A stretch of 64,000 nucleotides of DNA from Rubripirellula sp. (GCA_965216875.1 OZ244207.1:6784001-6848000); one strand, 5' to 3'; positions 10,234 through 21,012 are shown, counted from the first letter of the stretch. Numbers and translations: made by a program. Notes: generated by a model not told the origin, from the sequence alone.

Positions 10234-10496
10234 GGAAGTGGGCCCTCCCCAAGAGATACGTACACCCCAGGAAAAGGCACGTTTTGGGCAAACTCTTTCG
10301 CTCAGACCGCCCCTGACGTTTTTGCGCTCTATGTTTGCGTGGGTCATCGCACCAGGACCGCGCCCAGGGTCGTTTTGATAACGGCCGCATAACTGGTACT
10401 GACGCTACGACCCAAACGAGCGCTTTCGCTGTGGTAGTCACAGCCGACCGAGGCGCACGGGATCTATCGGTTATAGCGACGAAGGAAACACCAGAC

Positions 10497-11816
10497 ATGC
10501 GATCCGCAAACCCCTCTGCACGCCCCGACGCGAATCGTCAACAGCAATTCGAAGACGTTAAACGCCGTATCCACAGTAAGTTGGTGGACAAGCTCGACTT
10601 GTCGCGCGTTGGCGATTTGAAGGGCGACACCCTCAAACGCGAAATTCGTATGGTCGTCGAGCATCTCTGTGATGCCGAGGACACGCTGCTGAACCGTCAA
10701 GAACGTGAACGGATCGTCGACGAAGTGATCGACGAGGTGCTCGGTCTTGGCCCGCTCGAATTGATTCTGAAAGACCCGAAGGTCAGCGATATTCTGATCA
10801 ACGGTCCGAAGAACATCTATGTCGAAAAAGGCGGCCAGATGCAGAAGTCGGAAGTGGAATTCCGCGACGGCAAGCATCTGCTGCAAATCATCGACCGTAT
10901 CGTCAGTAAGGTTGGTCGTCGTGTCGACGAAACGTCACCGATGGTCGACGCCCGTCTCGAGGATGGTTCGCGTGTGAACGCGATTATTCCACCTCTGGCA
11001 CTTGATGGTGCTGCGGTTTCGATTCGTCGATTCGGTAGCAACCCACTCAAGCTCGAAGACTTGCTCAACTACAAAGCGTTCACGCCTGAGATGGTGATGT
11101 TGCTTGAAGGTTGTATCAAGGCTCGCTTGAACATGATCATCGCCGGCGGTACCGGTTCCGGTAAGACAACCCTGTTGAACACACTGTCCAGCTTCATTGG
11201 TCACTCCGATCGTATTGTGACGATTGAGGACGCGGCCGAATTGCAATTGCAACAGGACCACATCGTCCGCTTGGAAACTCGCCCTGCCAACATCGAAGGC
11301 AACGGTGCGGTTTCGGCAACCGACCTTGTGAAGAACGCCCTGCGTATGCGTCCTGAACGAATCATCATTGGTGAGTGTCGTGGTGGTGAAACGCTCGACA
11401 TGTTGCAAGCCATGAACACCGGTCACGACGGATCGATGACCACGATTCACGCCAACACCCCTCGTGACGCAATCGCCCGTTTGGAAACGCTGGTGATGAT
11501 GGCTGGTTTCGAATTGCCCGTGAAAGCGATTCGCCAGCAAGTTTCGGGTGCGGTTGACGTGTTGATCCAAGCTAACCGTTTGCAAGGTGGTCCCCGTCGT
11601 GTGACGGCGATCACGGAGGTCGTCGGGATGGAACAAGACACGATCATCATGCAAGACATTTATCGGTACAAGCAAGCGGGCATCAACGAGGAAGGCAAAG
11701 CTTACGGACACTTTGAGTGCACCGGAGTCCGCCCAAGCTTTATGGAAAAACTGGAAGCCGCAGGTGTGCGATTGCCCGCCAGCGCCTTCCGCGAGCGAGT
11801 GATGATGCAGGCCTAA
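10497..11816 (+). CDS. cpaF: Tad/Flp pilus assembly ATPase (CpaF/TadA)
   Basis: [16 protein letters not shown] [70 protein letters not shown] before ATG 10497. Confidence 0.93.
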   Translation: MRSANPSARPDANRQQQFEDVKRRIHSKLVDKLDLSRVGDLKGDTLKREIRMVVEHLCDAEDTLLNRQERERIVDEVIDEVLGLGPLELILKDPKVSDILINGPKNIYVEKGGQMQKSEVEFRDGKHLLQIIDRIVSKVGRRVDETSPMVDARLEDGSRVNAIIPPLALDGAAVSIRRFGSNPLKLEDLLNYKAFTPEMVMLLEGCIKARLNMIIAGGTGSGKTTLLNTLSSFIGHSDRIVTIEDAAELQLQQDHIVRLETRPANIEGNGAVSATDLVKNALRMRPERIIIGECRGGETLDMLQAMNTGHDGSMTTIHANTPRDAIARLETLVMMAGFELPVKAIRQQVSGAVDVLIQANRLQGGPRRVTAITEVVGMEQDTIIMQDIYRYKQAGINEEGKAYGHFECTGVRPSFMEKLEAAGVRLPASAFRERVMMQA

Positions 11817-11889
11817 AGTCCGCGATCTTCACCCGCGAAACAAACCCCAAACCAACCACTCAACGAGTTCCTGACCTAGAAGTTCAGCC

Positions 11890-12864
11890 ATGAGCGGAAT
11901 CGTCATTATCATTGCTGTCGGCGTTTTTGTTGCGTCGATCATCGCATTCGCTGTCAACGTGTTGATTCCAGGCGAGGATTCCACCTCGACCGAAGATCGG
12001 CTTGCCGAGATGGCGTCGCGCCGTCGCGCTGGCGGCGGCGGTGATGAATCGGAATCCGGATCCCTGCTTCTGGCCGGTGGCCTGGACGACTCGGCAAATG
12101 CACTTGCGAAGTACTTGCAAGGCATGCCGGCGTTGACCGACTACCTCGAGCAAGCGGACGTGAAGATCCCGCCATCGCAATTCGCGTTCATTTGCTTGGC
12201 TTCCTTTGGTGGCGGCATCTTGGCCTGTGTGGTCACACCCGTGCCAATCCTGCTCGGCCCGATTTTGGGAGCCCTGTTCATGGGCGTTCCTATCGGTTGG
12301 GTGATGTTCAAGCGAAAGCGACGCCTGGCAAAGTTCGGTTTGCAAATGCCCGAAGCACTCGAGTTGCTCGGTCGTTCGCTGCGAGCCGGTCACTCGCTGA
12401 ATGCTGGTTTCGGTTTGGTCGCATCCGAAATGGATGCCCCGCTGGCAACCGAATTTGGACGGGCCTTTGAAGAACAAAACCTCGGTATCCCGCTTGATGA
12501 AGCGATCGAAGATATGGCTCAGCGGGTCCCCAACATGGACTTGCGATTCTTTGCCACCGCCGTTGTCTTGCAGCGACAAACTGGTGGTGACTTGGCTGAA
12601 ATCTTGGACAAGATCGGCCACCTGATTCGCGAACGCCTGATGATTCTCGGACAGATTCAAGCGTTGACCGGTGAAGGTCGAATGAGTGGTGCGGTGCTGT
12701 TGGCGATGCCACCCGTGCTGTTCCTGGTGATGCTCAAGCTGAACTACGAATACGTGATGATGCTGTTTACCGACGAGATCGGTCGTTACTTGCTTTGCGG
12801 TGCATTGGCAACGCAGTTGGCTGGTGCGATCGCGATTAAGAAGATCATTACGATCAAGGTTTAG
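11890..12864 (+). CDS. tadB: Tad pilus inner-membrane protein TadB (T2SSF family)
   Basis: QMPEALELLGRSLRAGHSL, QRQTGGDLAEIL, TGEGRMS, several TM segments; follows cpaF. Confidence 0.9.
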   Translation: MSGIVIIIAVGVFVASIIAFAVNVLIPGEDSTSTEDRLAEMASRRRAGGGGDESESGSLLLAGGLDDSANALAKYLQGMPALTDYLEQADVKIPPSQFAFICLASFGGGILACVVTPVPILLGPILGALFMGVPIGWVMFKRKRRLAKFGLQMPEALELLGRSLRAGHSLNAGFGLVASEMDAPLATEFGRAFEEQNLGIPLDEAIEDMAQRVPNMDLRFFATAVVLQRQTGGDLAEILDKIGHLIRERLMILGQIQALTGEGRMSGAVLLAMPPVLFLVMLKLNYEYVMMLFTDEIGRYLLCGALATQLAGAIAIKKIITIKV

Positions 12865-12945
12865 CGAAACACCTGTTTGTCCTTCCTCAACTAGACCAAC
12901 CAAACACTATCCCGCCTTGGGCGTACGTTAAGAAAGCTTTTGATC

Positions 12946-13929
12946 ATGACTACGTTGTTGATCTCCGCTATCGGATTGAATCCTGTCACCATCACTTCGG
13001 TGGCTATCTTTATCGCAGTGACCGCCGTCGCCTGGGTGGTGATTGGTCGTGTTAGCGGTGATGACAAGCCACGTGCCGAAGCGCGATTGGAAGCGCTCAA
13101 GAATCGACGCGCAGGACAGGCTGATGACACCTCCGAGACGGATCGTCAAAAGAAAAAGAACGATGCGTTGGCGGCGGTGCTTGAAAAAGCGACCTCGCCT
13201 CTCGGGGATAAGGTCGCCGGTAACGAAAAAGAGATGGGCAAGCTCCGCGAAAAGCTTGTCAACGCCGGGTTCCGCCGTGAATCAGCTCCCGTGGTCTTCA
13301 AGGGGATGCAGTTCATCATCGGTGGTGTCGGTCTGGTCGTCGGCGGTGGTATCGGGGTCTTCACCGACGGTTTCAGCTCAGGCATGCTGATGAAGCTCGC
13401 CGGTGGTGTGGTTATCGGTTACATGCTGCCAAGCCTGTTGCTCGGACAAATCGCCAAGCGACGGATGGAGAAGGTCTTTCTTGGTCTTCCCGACGCGCTC
13501 GACTTGATGGTCGTTTGTGTCGAAGCCGGTCTTGGTATGGACCAAGCGCTGCGTAAGGTGGCCGAAGAAATGAACAAGAGCCACAAAGAGATTGGCGAAG
13601 AGTTTAGCATTGCCAATCAGCAGCTGCAGTTCGGCCGAACGCGCGGCGAAGTGCTGCAAGCACTCGGATTCCGCAGTGGCGTGGATGACTTGAAGCAACT
13701 CGCTTCGATTCTGATTCAGGCCGATAAGTTCGGTTCGAGCGTTGCCACGGCACTCCGCGTGCAAAGTGACTCGATGCGTACCAAACGTCGTCAAATCGCC
13801 GAAGAAAAGGCTGCCAAGACGGCCGTGAAGATGATCTTCCCTCTCGTGTTGTTCATCTTCCCCGGTATCTTCGTTGTGCTCGTTGGTCCTGCGGGGATCA
13901 ACATGTACCGCAACATGCTTAGCAACTAA
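12946..13929 (+). CDS. tadC: Tad pilus inner-membrane protein TadC (T2SSF family)
   Basis: LPDALDLMVVCVEAGLG, AEEKAAKTAVKMIFPLVLFIFP. Confidence 0.9.
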   Translation: MTTLLISAIGLNPVTITSVAIFIAVTAVAWVVIGRVSGDDKPRAEARLEALKNRRAGQADDTSETDRQKKKNDALAAVLEKATSPLGDKVAGNEKEMGKLREKLVNAGFRRESAPVVFKGMQFIIGGVGLVVGGGIGVFTDGFSSGMLMKLAGGVVIGYMLPSLLLGQIAKRRMEKVFLGLPDALDLMVVCVEAGLGMDQALRKVAEEMNKSHKEIGEEFSIANQQLQFGRTRGEVLQALGFRSGVDDLKQLASILIQADKFGSSVATALRVQSDSMRTKRRQIAEEKAAKTAVKMIFPLVLFIFPGIFVVLVGPAGINMYRNMLSN

Positions 13930-14007
13930 AGCACGTGAACCGCTGGTTGTGAGCCCTCGGGCCTGCGCCGCACGCGCACGTTGAGTGCGAGTTTCGTTTG
14001 CCGATTC

Positions 14008-14086
14008 GAGCTCACGTTGGCACGTGGCTTTGCTTTGGAGTTCACGTTGGCACGTGGCTTTGCTGTGGAGTTCACGTTGGCACGTG
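14008..14086. repeat. 30-bp tandem repeat (about 2.6 units) overlapping a stop codon
   Basis: Unit GAG(C/T)TCACGTTGGCACGTGGCTTTGCT(T/G)TG at 14008, 14038 and 14068 (partial). Confidence 0.9.
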
Positions 14087-15013
14087 ACCAGGAATCACGA
14101 GCACCGGATGGGGGCTGCGGCGGATTCGGTCTTGAACAAAACCTTGGCCGAACCGGTCGTCGACTTCAAGCGGCAGCACCAACAGCATCTTGGTTTGGTC
14201 GTCGAGTGGGTTGGGCGGTGCAACCTCACCGGCTTGTGGACGCAGATGATAGGTAAGGTTTTGGTCGGATGCGGTCTTGGCCATCGCTTGATGAATCGCC
14301 TGATGCGTTTTCGTCAACGCTTCGGTGAATTGCTGAGGATCGAGTGTCGTGCCAGGTTGCAACGCTTCGATGATCGATCGGATATTCTCGTATTGCTCTT
14401 TTTCAATGACCAAATTGAGCGTGATGGTCGCTGAATCGTTGGCAAGTCCAAAGACCCAACCAGCCGCGCGGCTTTCGACATCACATTCGCCACCCACGAT
14501 CATGGAAATCGACGCGGTGCATTGATCAAGAAGCTGGTCCTCGCGACGGATCACCAACATCGGTTTAGGACATCGCGAGAGCAGCACATCGATGACGGTG
14601 CCGGCGCTGTCGGCACCCACCTGTTCGAACGATCGCCCAAAGGGACAGGGGATGATCACCAGGTCCACATCATGGCCATCGAGTGCATGCAGGATCGCAT
14701 CGTAGGAGTCCCCTTCGCTCCTTTTGAGCGGCCGCGCCCCCGAGATCTGTTCAATGCGTGACTCGGCCAAGTCGGCTGTGTCATCTTCGATGTCGTCTCG
14801 GGCGTCGAGCACAAGCGTCTCGGTATCAAATCGCTCGCGGAGCGTCGCCGCTGCTGCGACGCCTGCGTCGTCTTGAGGCGATCCGTCAAGCACCAACAAC
14901 ACTCGGGATGGGCGAATGGCAAGGATCGACGCGGCGTTGCCAACCTTTGATCGTTCAAACAACCGCATCGACTCATCGACTTCGCGTCCGAGGTCAGAAT
15001 CGGAATCAGACAT
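14072..15013 (-). CDS. universal stress protein (USP)-like protein
   Basis: RVLLVLDGS start and two USP-like ends, VLLSRCPKPMLVI and RIRRSPHPVLVIP. Overlaps the upstream permease. Confidence 0.75.
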   Translation of the reverse strand: MSDSDSDLGREVDESMRLFERSKVGNAASILAIRPSRVLLVLDGSPQDDAGVAAAATLRERFDTETLVLDARDDIEDDTADLAESRIEQISGARPLKRSEGDSYDAILHALDGHDVDLVIIPCPFGRSFEQVGADSAGTVIDVLLSRCPKPMLVIRREDQLLDQCTASISMIVGGECDVESRAAGWVFGLANDSATITLNLVIEKEQYENIRSIIEALQPGTTLDPQQFTEALTKTHQAIHQAMAKTASDQNLTYHLRPQAGEVAPPNPLDDQTKMLLVLPLEVDDRFGQGFVQDRIRRSPHPVLVIPGHVPT

Positions 15014-16394
15014 GTTTGCTTAGCTCCGGTATCCAGTTCTGACTTTCCGCCAACATGATGTAAACGATGGCACCGATCACTTGGATCAACATGATCGTCC
15101 CGCCGAGTTTCAAGAACATGCCCCATCCGATGTGCTGGCCCGCTTCGCGTTTGAGTGCGTAGATGGCAATCACGCACGAGATCGATCCGATGGGCGTTCC
15201 ATTGCCGCCAAGATTGCAGCAGATGATCAGAGTCCACCAAAGCGGTTCTTCGGCGACGCCCGATGCACTGATGTCCCTTACAATCGGGATCAGCGTTGCA
15301 GCGACGGGAATATTGTCAACGATCGAACTGGCGATGGCCGCGAAAACACCAAGCAGCGGTACGAGCAATTCGAGACGGTTATCGGAAAGCTCAACGACCT
15401 GCTGGGCGACCAGGCTGAGTGCACCGGTCTGTTTGACACATCCGATGATAATGAACAGACCCATGAAGAACAGGATCACCGTCCAGTTCACTTTGTGAAT
15501 CGCGTCTTCGACACCCTTGCCCGCGAACAGGAGTGCGGCGGTCGCGCCGACCATCGCGACAAAGTCCATGCCAACGCCAAGTTGTTGGGCAAAGACGAAT
15601 CCGAGCACGGTAAGGACTAGGATCAACGCGCTGCGGACAAGGACCTTCTTTTCTTCGACCAATGCCCAGGGATCAAAGGTTTCGATTTGAGCTCGTAGTG
15701 CTTCTTGTTCCTCGGGGGTTTGTTTCCAAGGCAGATCATTGCGAAAGAAAATCCGCAGCATCACGATGGCAACGACCAGCGAGACGATTGCGTAAGGCAA
15801 CGAAACTTGCAGGAAGTGCATGTAGGGGATGTGCGCTGCAGTCCCAATCATGATGTTCGGCAGGCCGCTTGCGAACGTCGCGATCGCGCCGCTATTGGCA
15901 CAAATCGCCACACTCAGCAGTAGCGGAGCCGGCTTGTAGTTGAGCGCGCGACTGATCACCAACACCAACGAGCTGAGGATCAGCATGGCCGGCACAATGG
16001 TCAGCACGGCGACAAACACGAAGGTCACCAAGCAAAGCGTCAGGAACAGGCGTGACGCGCGACCTCCCGTGAAACGAACGATGTACATCCCCAGAAAGTG
16101 AAAGAGCCCACTCTTTCCGACCACATCGACGAGGATACCGGTGCCGATGATCACCCCAAAGATATTGAGGTCTTCTTCCAGGATGTCGTAGACCTTGGGA
16201 TACTCGAAGAGTCCAAGGGCGAGCGACAGGATGACCAGCACGACGGCACCGCATAGGGCCGCCACCGTTTTGTGGAATCGCTCGACAGCAACGCCAACAT
16301 ACGTCGCCATCATCACGGCGGCGAAAAGGAGCATCACGCCGGTCGAGGCAGGTTCGATCTTTTCCCCGACCGTTGAGGCGAGAAGTTGCATCAT
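15006..16394 (-). CDS. ArsB/NhaD/SLC13-like ion or carboxylate permease
   Basis: Many TM helices; ANSGAIATFASGLPNIMI, SSIVDNIP, NLGGNGTPIGS. Start uncertain (16394 or 16403). Confidence 0.85.
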   Translation of the reverse strand: MMQLLASTVGEKIEPASTGVMLLFAAVMMATYVGVAVERFHKTVAALCGAVVLVILSLALGLFEYPKVYDILEEDLNIFGVIIGTGILVDVVGKSGLFHFLGMYIVRFTGGRASRLFLTLCLVTFVFVAVLTIVPAMLILSSLVLVISRALNYKPAPLLLSVAICANSGAIATFASGLPNIMIGTAAHIPYMHFLQVSLPYAIVSLVVAIVMLRIFFRNDLPWKQTPEEQEALRAQIETFDPWALVEEKKVLVRSALILVLTVLGFVFAQQLGVGMDFVAMVGATAALLFAGKGVEDAIHKVNWTVILFFMGLFIIIGCVKQTGALSLVAQQVVELSDNRLELLVPLLGVFAAIASSIVDNIPVAATLIPIVRDISASGVAEEPLWWTLIICCNLGGNGTPIGSISCVIAIYALKREAGQHIGWGMFLKLGGTIMLIQVIGAIVYIMLAESQNWIPELSKHV

Positions 16395-16433
16395 GCTAGG
16401 CATTCCCTCGTCATCACTGAATGGACCCACCGG

Positions 16434-16487
16434 AAAAGGTGTCAGGACGCTTTTTTGACTGGTTGGTAAAGAGTCATGACACCTTTT
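16434..16487. repeat. inverted repeat AAAAGGTGTCAGGAC...GTCATGACACCTTTT in a divergent promoter region
   Basis: Imperfect ~20-bp arms. A partial GGTGTCAATCTTT also occurs near 60558. Confidence 0.6.
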
Positions 16488-16524
16488 TCACTCGTAAGCG
16501 TAACCAAAGATAGAGGGTTCGCCG

Positions 16525-17316
16525 ATGCCGGAAGGCCACAAGACTCATTTCATCGCCCGCCAGCACCACCGACAGCTCGCTGGCGAGCAAGTGAAAGTCA
16601 CCAGCCCACAGGGCAGATTCCAGTCCGATGCGCGGCGCATCAATGGGCGAGAAATCGAGTCCGTCCAAGCGGTTGGCAAACACCTGTTCTATCAATTCGA
16701 TGAAAAACGAATTCTTCACATTCATCTCGGGCGCTATGGCAAATTCCGCGAACATGCCCTGCCCTCGCCCGATCCCGTTGGTCAGGTCCGCGTGCGACTG
16801 GTCAGTTCATCGTCGTGTATCGACTTAACCGGTCCGACGACGTGCCGAGTGATCGATGCCTGTCAGCGCGTCGAGGTTGAGCAGCGTTTGGGCCCCGACC
16901 CGCTTGCCGGTGGACGTCGCCAAGAGGTTTGGAAGAGGATCTCGTCGAGTTCAAAGCCGATCGCAGCGCTGCTGCTCGATCAAGCAGTCGTTGCGGGCGT
17001 GGGAAACATCTTTCGCGCAGAGGTGTTGTTCGAAGTTGGAATCGATCCCCTCACACCAGGTGATCAGCTTTCCGAGGAGTCGTTTGGACAGCTTTGGCGC
17101 TCCCTTACAAGGATGATGCGTACCGGGTTGAAGCTCGGGAAAATCGTGACCGTGACGGCGAAAGAGGCAGGCATGCCCCGAACGAAGATCGAAGGCAATG
17201 CCAGGTTCCGAGTCTATGGCCACCATGAATGCCCTTGGTGTGGTGGCGAAATCGAGGCTGTGGAGATCGCCGCCAGACGCCTTTATTTTTGCCGCGGTTG
17301 TCAAACCGCATCTTGA
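16525..17316 (+). CDS. Fpg/Nei-family DNA glycosylase (endonuclease VIII-like)
   Basis: N-terminal MPEGH, GKHL, HLG, LLDQAVVAGVGNIFRAEVLF (H2TH), C-terminal CPWC...CRGC zinc finger. Confidence 0.92.
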   Translation: MPEGHKTHFIARQHHRQLAGEQVKVTSPQGRFQSDARRINGREIESVQAVGKHLFYQFDEKRILHIHLGRYGKFREHALPSPDPVGQVRVRLVSSSSCIDLTGPTTCRVIDACQRVEVEQRLGPDPLAGGRRQEVWKRISSSSKPIAALLLDQAVVAGVGNIFRAEVLFEVGIDPLTPGDQLSEESFGQLWRSLTRMMRTGLKLGKIVTVTAKEAGMPRTKIEGNARFRVYGHHECPWCGGEIEAVEIAARRLYFCRGCQTAS

Positions 17317-17425
17317 CCTTCGATTGGAGGGTCATGGCCAATCTGCAGCGAAATCCCTTAAAACCTGCTTTCACAAACTAACTTGTCTGCACTCTTTGCA
17401 TTCCTGTGATCAGGTAGAAACCATC

Positions 17426-19126
17426 ATGAGCGATTCACAGCTTCGAGGTATCGTTGTTGGTGCCGGCTACTTCAGCGATTTTCATCTGGACGGTTGGAAC
17501 CGCATTGAAGACACAACGATTGTTGCCGTGTGTGACTTGGACGCTGACAAAGCCCAGGCCGCGGCCGATAAGCACGGCGTCGATAAGGTCTATACCGAGG
17601 TAAGTGATGCGCTGCAAAACGAAACGATCGACTTTGTCGACATTGCAACGCCACCACCAAGCCACCTGCCGTTGATTCAACTTGCAATCGAACACAACAA
17701 GGCAATCATCTGCCAAAAGCCGATTGCACCCGATTGGCAGCAAGCACAAGAGATCTTTCGGATCGGGCGTGAGTACCAAAACACGTTCATGGTGCACGAG
17801 AACTTTCGCTTCCAACCTTGGTACCGCGAAATTCGACGACTGATCGATGGTGGCGTGATCGGTGACAAGATTCACACCCTTTCCATGCGCAGTCGAATGG
17901 GTGATGGATGGAGCGAGGATGCCTACATGAGTCGGCAACCTTACTTTCGCGAGATGCCGCGTTTGTTGATTCACGAAACGGGTGTGCACTTCATCGACAC
18001 GTTCCGCTATCTCGCCGGTGAGATCAAACAGGTGCATCCGATTTTGCGCCGCTGGAACCAAGACATTGTCGGCGAAGATGCGGGCGTGATTACGTTTGAA
18101 TTTGAATCAGGCGCGATCGGTGTGTGGGATGCCAATCGCTACAACGAATCGCGTTGTGATGACCCGCGTTACACCTTTGGCAACCTCTGCGTCGAAGGCA
18201 ACGGAGGCAGCATCTGGTTGGACGATTCCGGCAACTTGACGCTCAAGAAACTCGGCCAAGAACCTGAGCCGCATCCGTACCATCACGAGCGAATCGGCTT
18301 CGCTGGCGATTGTGTGAGGGCCACCCAGCAGCACTTTGTTGACGTGATCAAAGGGAAAGTGGCTTGCGAAACGTCGGCCGACGAATATGCCAAAACGCTG
18401 TTGGTGGTCGAGCAAATCTACGATGCGACAGCTCACACACGGAAGGTCATCGACCTGACACTGACGATCGACGAAACCCTCCCCAACGCCGATGTGGAAC
18501 CGGCCAAGTCGATCGAGAAAGATGGCTGGCGCGCGACAACACTCAAGCTCTACTCACACTGCGGCACGCACATGGATGCAACGTGCCACTTCTTGCCCTC
18601 TGGCCAGACGATTGACCAACTCGATCTGCAGGCTTGTTGCGGACGCGCTCGGATCGTCAACCTCGCGCCGGCGGGGCCGAAAGAGCTTCTGACGGTTGAG
18701 AAGTTCGAAGCCGCACTCACTAAACCGCTTGAGCCCGGCGAGCGATTGTTGCTGCGTACGGATTGGTACAAACAGTATCCCGATCCCGGTTATCGCAACG
18801 ACCTTCCCCGCATCTCCCTTGAGCTTGCTCACTACCTTGTCGACAACGAAGTGCGTTTGGTCGGCGTCGAGCCACCGAGCGTTGCCGATGTGAATAACGC
18901 TAAAGAGGTGACCGAGGTCCACCAAGTCATGTTCAAGGGGGGGATCGTCATTGTCGAAGGACTCATTCACCTCGATCAGATCGAGTCGACTTACTGTGAC
19001 TTCACGGCGCTGCCGTTGAAGATCGCCGATGGAGACGGATGTCCGGTCCGCGCGATCGCGATGACAGGCGGAGTGGAGCCTGATGCGCGCAAGAGTTTTG
19101 GATTTGGCAGGCAAGCGCGTAAGTGA
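17426..19126 (+). CDS. Gfo/Idh/MocA oxidoreductase fused to a cyclase/kynurenine-formamidase-like domain
   Basis: N-half: VGAGYFS, DIATPP, CQKP, HENFRFQPW, ETGVHFID. C-half: HCGTHMDA, LLLRTDW, IVEGL, ALPLKIADGDGCPVRAIA. Confidence 0.88.
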   Translation: MSDSQLRGIVVGAGYFSDFHLDGWNRIEDTTIVAVCDLDADKAQAAADKHGVDKVYTEVSDALQNETIDFVDIATPPPSHLPLIQLAIEHNKAIICQKPIAPDWQQAQEIFRIGREYQNTFMVHENFRFQPWYREIRRLIDGGVIGDKIHTLSMRSRMGDGWSEDAYMSRQPYFREMPRLLIHETGVHFIDTFRYLAGEIKQVHPILRRWNQDIVGEDAGVITFEFESGAIGVWDANRYNESRCDDPRYTFGNLCVEGNGGSIWLDDSGNLTLKKLGQEPEPHPYHHERIGFAGDCVRATQQHFVDVIKGKVACETSADEYAKTLLVVEQIYDATAHTRKVIDLTLTIDETLPNADVEPAKSIEKDGWRATTLKLYSHCGTHMDATCHFLPSGQTIDQLDLQACCGRARIVNLAPAGPKELLTVEKFEAALTKPLEPGERLLLRTDWYKQYPDPGYRNDLPRISLELAHYLVDNEVRLVGVEPPSVADVNNAKEVTEVHQVMFKGGIVIVEGLIHLDQIESTYCDFTALPLKIADGDGCPVRAIAMTGGVEPDARKSFGFGRQARK

Positions 19127-19239
19127 TATTCAGCGCATGTTGACCGAGGTTGCGCGCAATGGATACTGGACCTCACTAAGCGAGGTTAACGGGGAAATGC
19201 CCACGCTTCGTGCCACCACATCTCTTCTACGAGGACAAC

Positions 19240-19398
19240 ATGCGCAAGCTTCTCATCGTTCTTTTGTTGGCCCCTCTCGGGCTTTATTCCATTGCAGGAT
19301 GCGGGAAAGCGGAAAACAAAGTGATTCCGTTGCCCGCAGACTATGACGAAGCGGCTGAAACCGCAGCGGAAGAAGCAGAACTGGAAACAACTGAATAA
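19240..19398 (+). CDS. small lipoprotein
   Basis: RBS GAGGA; MRKLLIVLLLAPLGLYSIAG-C lipobox; acidic tail. Confidence 0.7.
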   Translation: MRKLLIVLLLAPLGLYSIAGCGKAENKVIPLPADYDEAAETAAEEAELETTE

Positions 19399-19733
19399 CC
19401 CCGCAAATCCCACCAGGTGCTTAAGAATTTGCCATTTAATTTAAAAATTTGCTGGTAAATTCTAGAGGCCCCCGGATGGGCAATCGAATTGCTCCTCCAG
19501 AGTGGTCTCTTCACTTCATTCAAATACGAGTCGTATGCGGTTCGCTGCTGCGCGCTCAGGTAGTTCATCAAAGCGGCTTCTTCTTGCGATTGCAGGATGA
19601 AACGCAGGCGACTTTCCACGGGGGTCGCAAACCCTACTCAAAAGATCATTGGTGTCCCGATTTGGGCCCAATTCCTTGTTCAGGTGCAGGACCTATTTCC
19701 TGTTTTTCTTGTTTTTGTTTTTGAGGTTTTCGA

Positions 19734-20960
19734 ATGAATTCGGTTACGAGAAAACGCGGCGGTTTCACCCTGGTGGAACTCCTCGTTGTGATTGCGATCA
19801 TCGGCGTTTTGGTTGGTCTGCTGTTGCCAGCGGTCCAAGCGGCGCGCGAAGCAGCTCGCCGTATGAGTTGCAGCAACAATTTCAAGCAGATTGGTTTGGC
19901 GTTTCACAACTACCATTCGGCATACAAGCAGCTCCCGCGGCATCAGGGCGGGACGTGGGTCGACAACAACACGCCGCAGAACATGAACAACCGCTATTCG
20001 CTTAGCGCGTTGGTTGGCATCACGCCATTCATGGAGCAGCAGCCGCTTTGGGAATCGATTTCGCAGCCCAACCAAGAGCGTCTTGATGGTGGCGTTCAGA
20101 GTCCTCCCTACCCTGCGATGGGACCTGCACCCTGGGTTGGCCAATACGTTCCTTGGCGGACGGAAATCCCGACGCTTCGCTGCCCAAGCGACCCCGGGTC
20201 CGGTCTGCCTGCGATGGGCCGAACCAACTACGGGCCGTGCCTGGGTGACTCCGTTGACTTTATGAACAACGGGCCCATCCAAATTCAAATGGGCGTGGAG
20301 CGTAAGCCAGCCGCAAACTGGGTCGCCATCCGCGCTCGCAGTGCCTGCCGCGGTGTATTCACTGCTCGCCAGGACACCAAGTTCCGCGACATTCTTGACG
20401 GAATGGCCAACACGATCATGGCTGGCGAAATCGCAACCGACCTGGGTGACCGCGACACTCGAACGATCGCTTCGATTCGTAACGGCACGGGCAACGTGCG
20501 TGGCAATGCCAAGTACTGCGTTGATCAAGGTCAGGTCAGCCCCGAGCGACCTCAGTTCTGGTCCAACGGATCCGATGGCGGTACCGCTCCAACACTGGCC
20601 GGCGTCGCTCAAGGCCGCGGTTACCGCTGGGCCGATGCGGGAACCGTCTGGAACGACGTGTTGACCATCTTGCCACCCAACGACGAGCTCTGCTTGGGCG
20701 GTGGCAACAACGGCGGCGTTGGTGCTCCCGGTACCGCTCCGATGAGCAGCCGTCACCAAGGTGGTGCTCACGTGTTGATGGCCGACGGTGCGGTGATCTT
20801 CATGTCCGACTCGGTTGAAGCGGGTGATCAGCGACATGAAAACGTCTGGCGAAATGGAGCGGGCGCAGCGATGCCAGGTTCGCAAAGCCCATTTGGTCTC
20901 TGGGGTGCCCTCGGTACTCGTGCCGCCAAGGAAGTGATCGAAGAAGAGCTCAATCAGTAG
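19734..20960 (+). CDS. DUF1559 prepilin-type N-terminal methylation protein
   Basis: [60 protein letters not shown] (H-X9-DG). Confidence 0.95.
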   Translation: MNSVTRKRGGFTLVELLVVIAIIGVLVGLLLPAVQAAREAARRMSCSNNFKQIGLAFHNYHSAYKQLPRHQGGTWVDNNTPQNMNNRYSLSALVGITPFMEQQPLWESISQPNQERLDGGVQSPPYPAMGPAPWVGQYVPWRTEIPTLRCPSDPGSGLPAMGRTNYGPCLGDSVDFMNNGPIQIQMGVERKPAANWVAIRARSACRGVFTARQDTKFRDILDGMANTIMAGEIATDLGDRDTRTIASIRNGTGNVRGNAKYCVDQGQVSPERPQFWSNGSDGGTAPTLAGVAQGRGYRWADAGTVWNDVLTILPPNDELCLGGGNNGGVGAPGTAPMSSRHQGGAHVLMADGAVIFMSDSVEAGDQRHENVWRNGAGAAMPGSQSPFGLWGALGTRAAKEVIEEELNQ

Positions 20961-21012
20961 GCGCTTGCCCTGCTTTGGCTGGCTTGATTGCCGTCACTTC
21001 ATAGCTATTTTG

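Noticed and set aside
9495..10392. ORFs of 235-261 aa across the intergenic region
   Set aside because: They run through a terminator and repeat elements and show no protein-like motifs.
14008..14086. Mini CRISPR array
   Set aside because: The 11-nt 'spacers' are near-identical, there are under three units, it overlaps a stop codon and no cas genes are present; it is a tandem duplication.
17198..17425. N-terminal extension of the Gfo/cyclase ORF (and similar extensions of cpaF, fabI and the esterase)
   Set aside because: Extensions overlap neighbouring genes or promoters and precede the conserved domain start; downstream starts were chosen.
19540..19733. Riboswitch in the DUF1559 leader
   Set aside because: Only small hairpins (e.g. 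GCGAC...GTCGC); no recognisable aptamer consensus.
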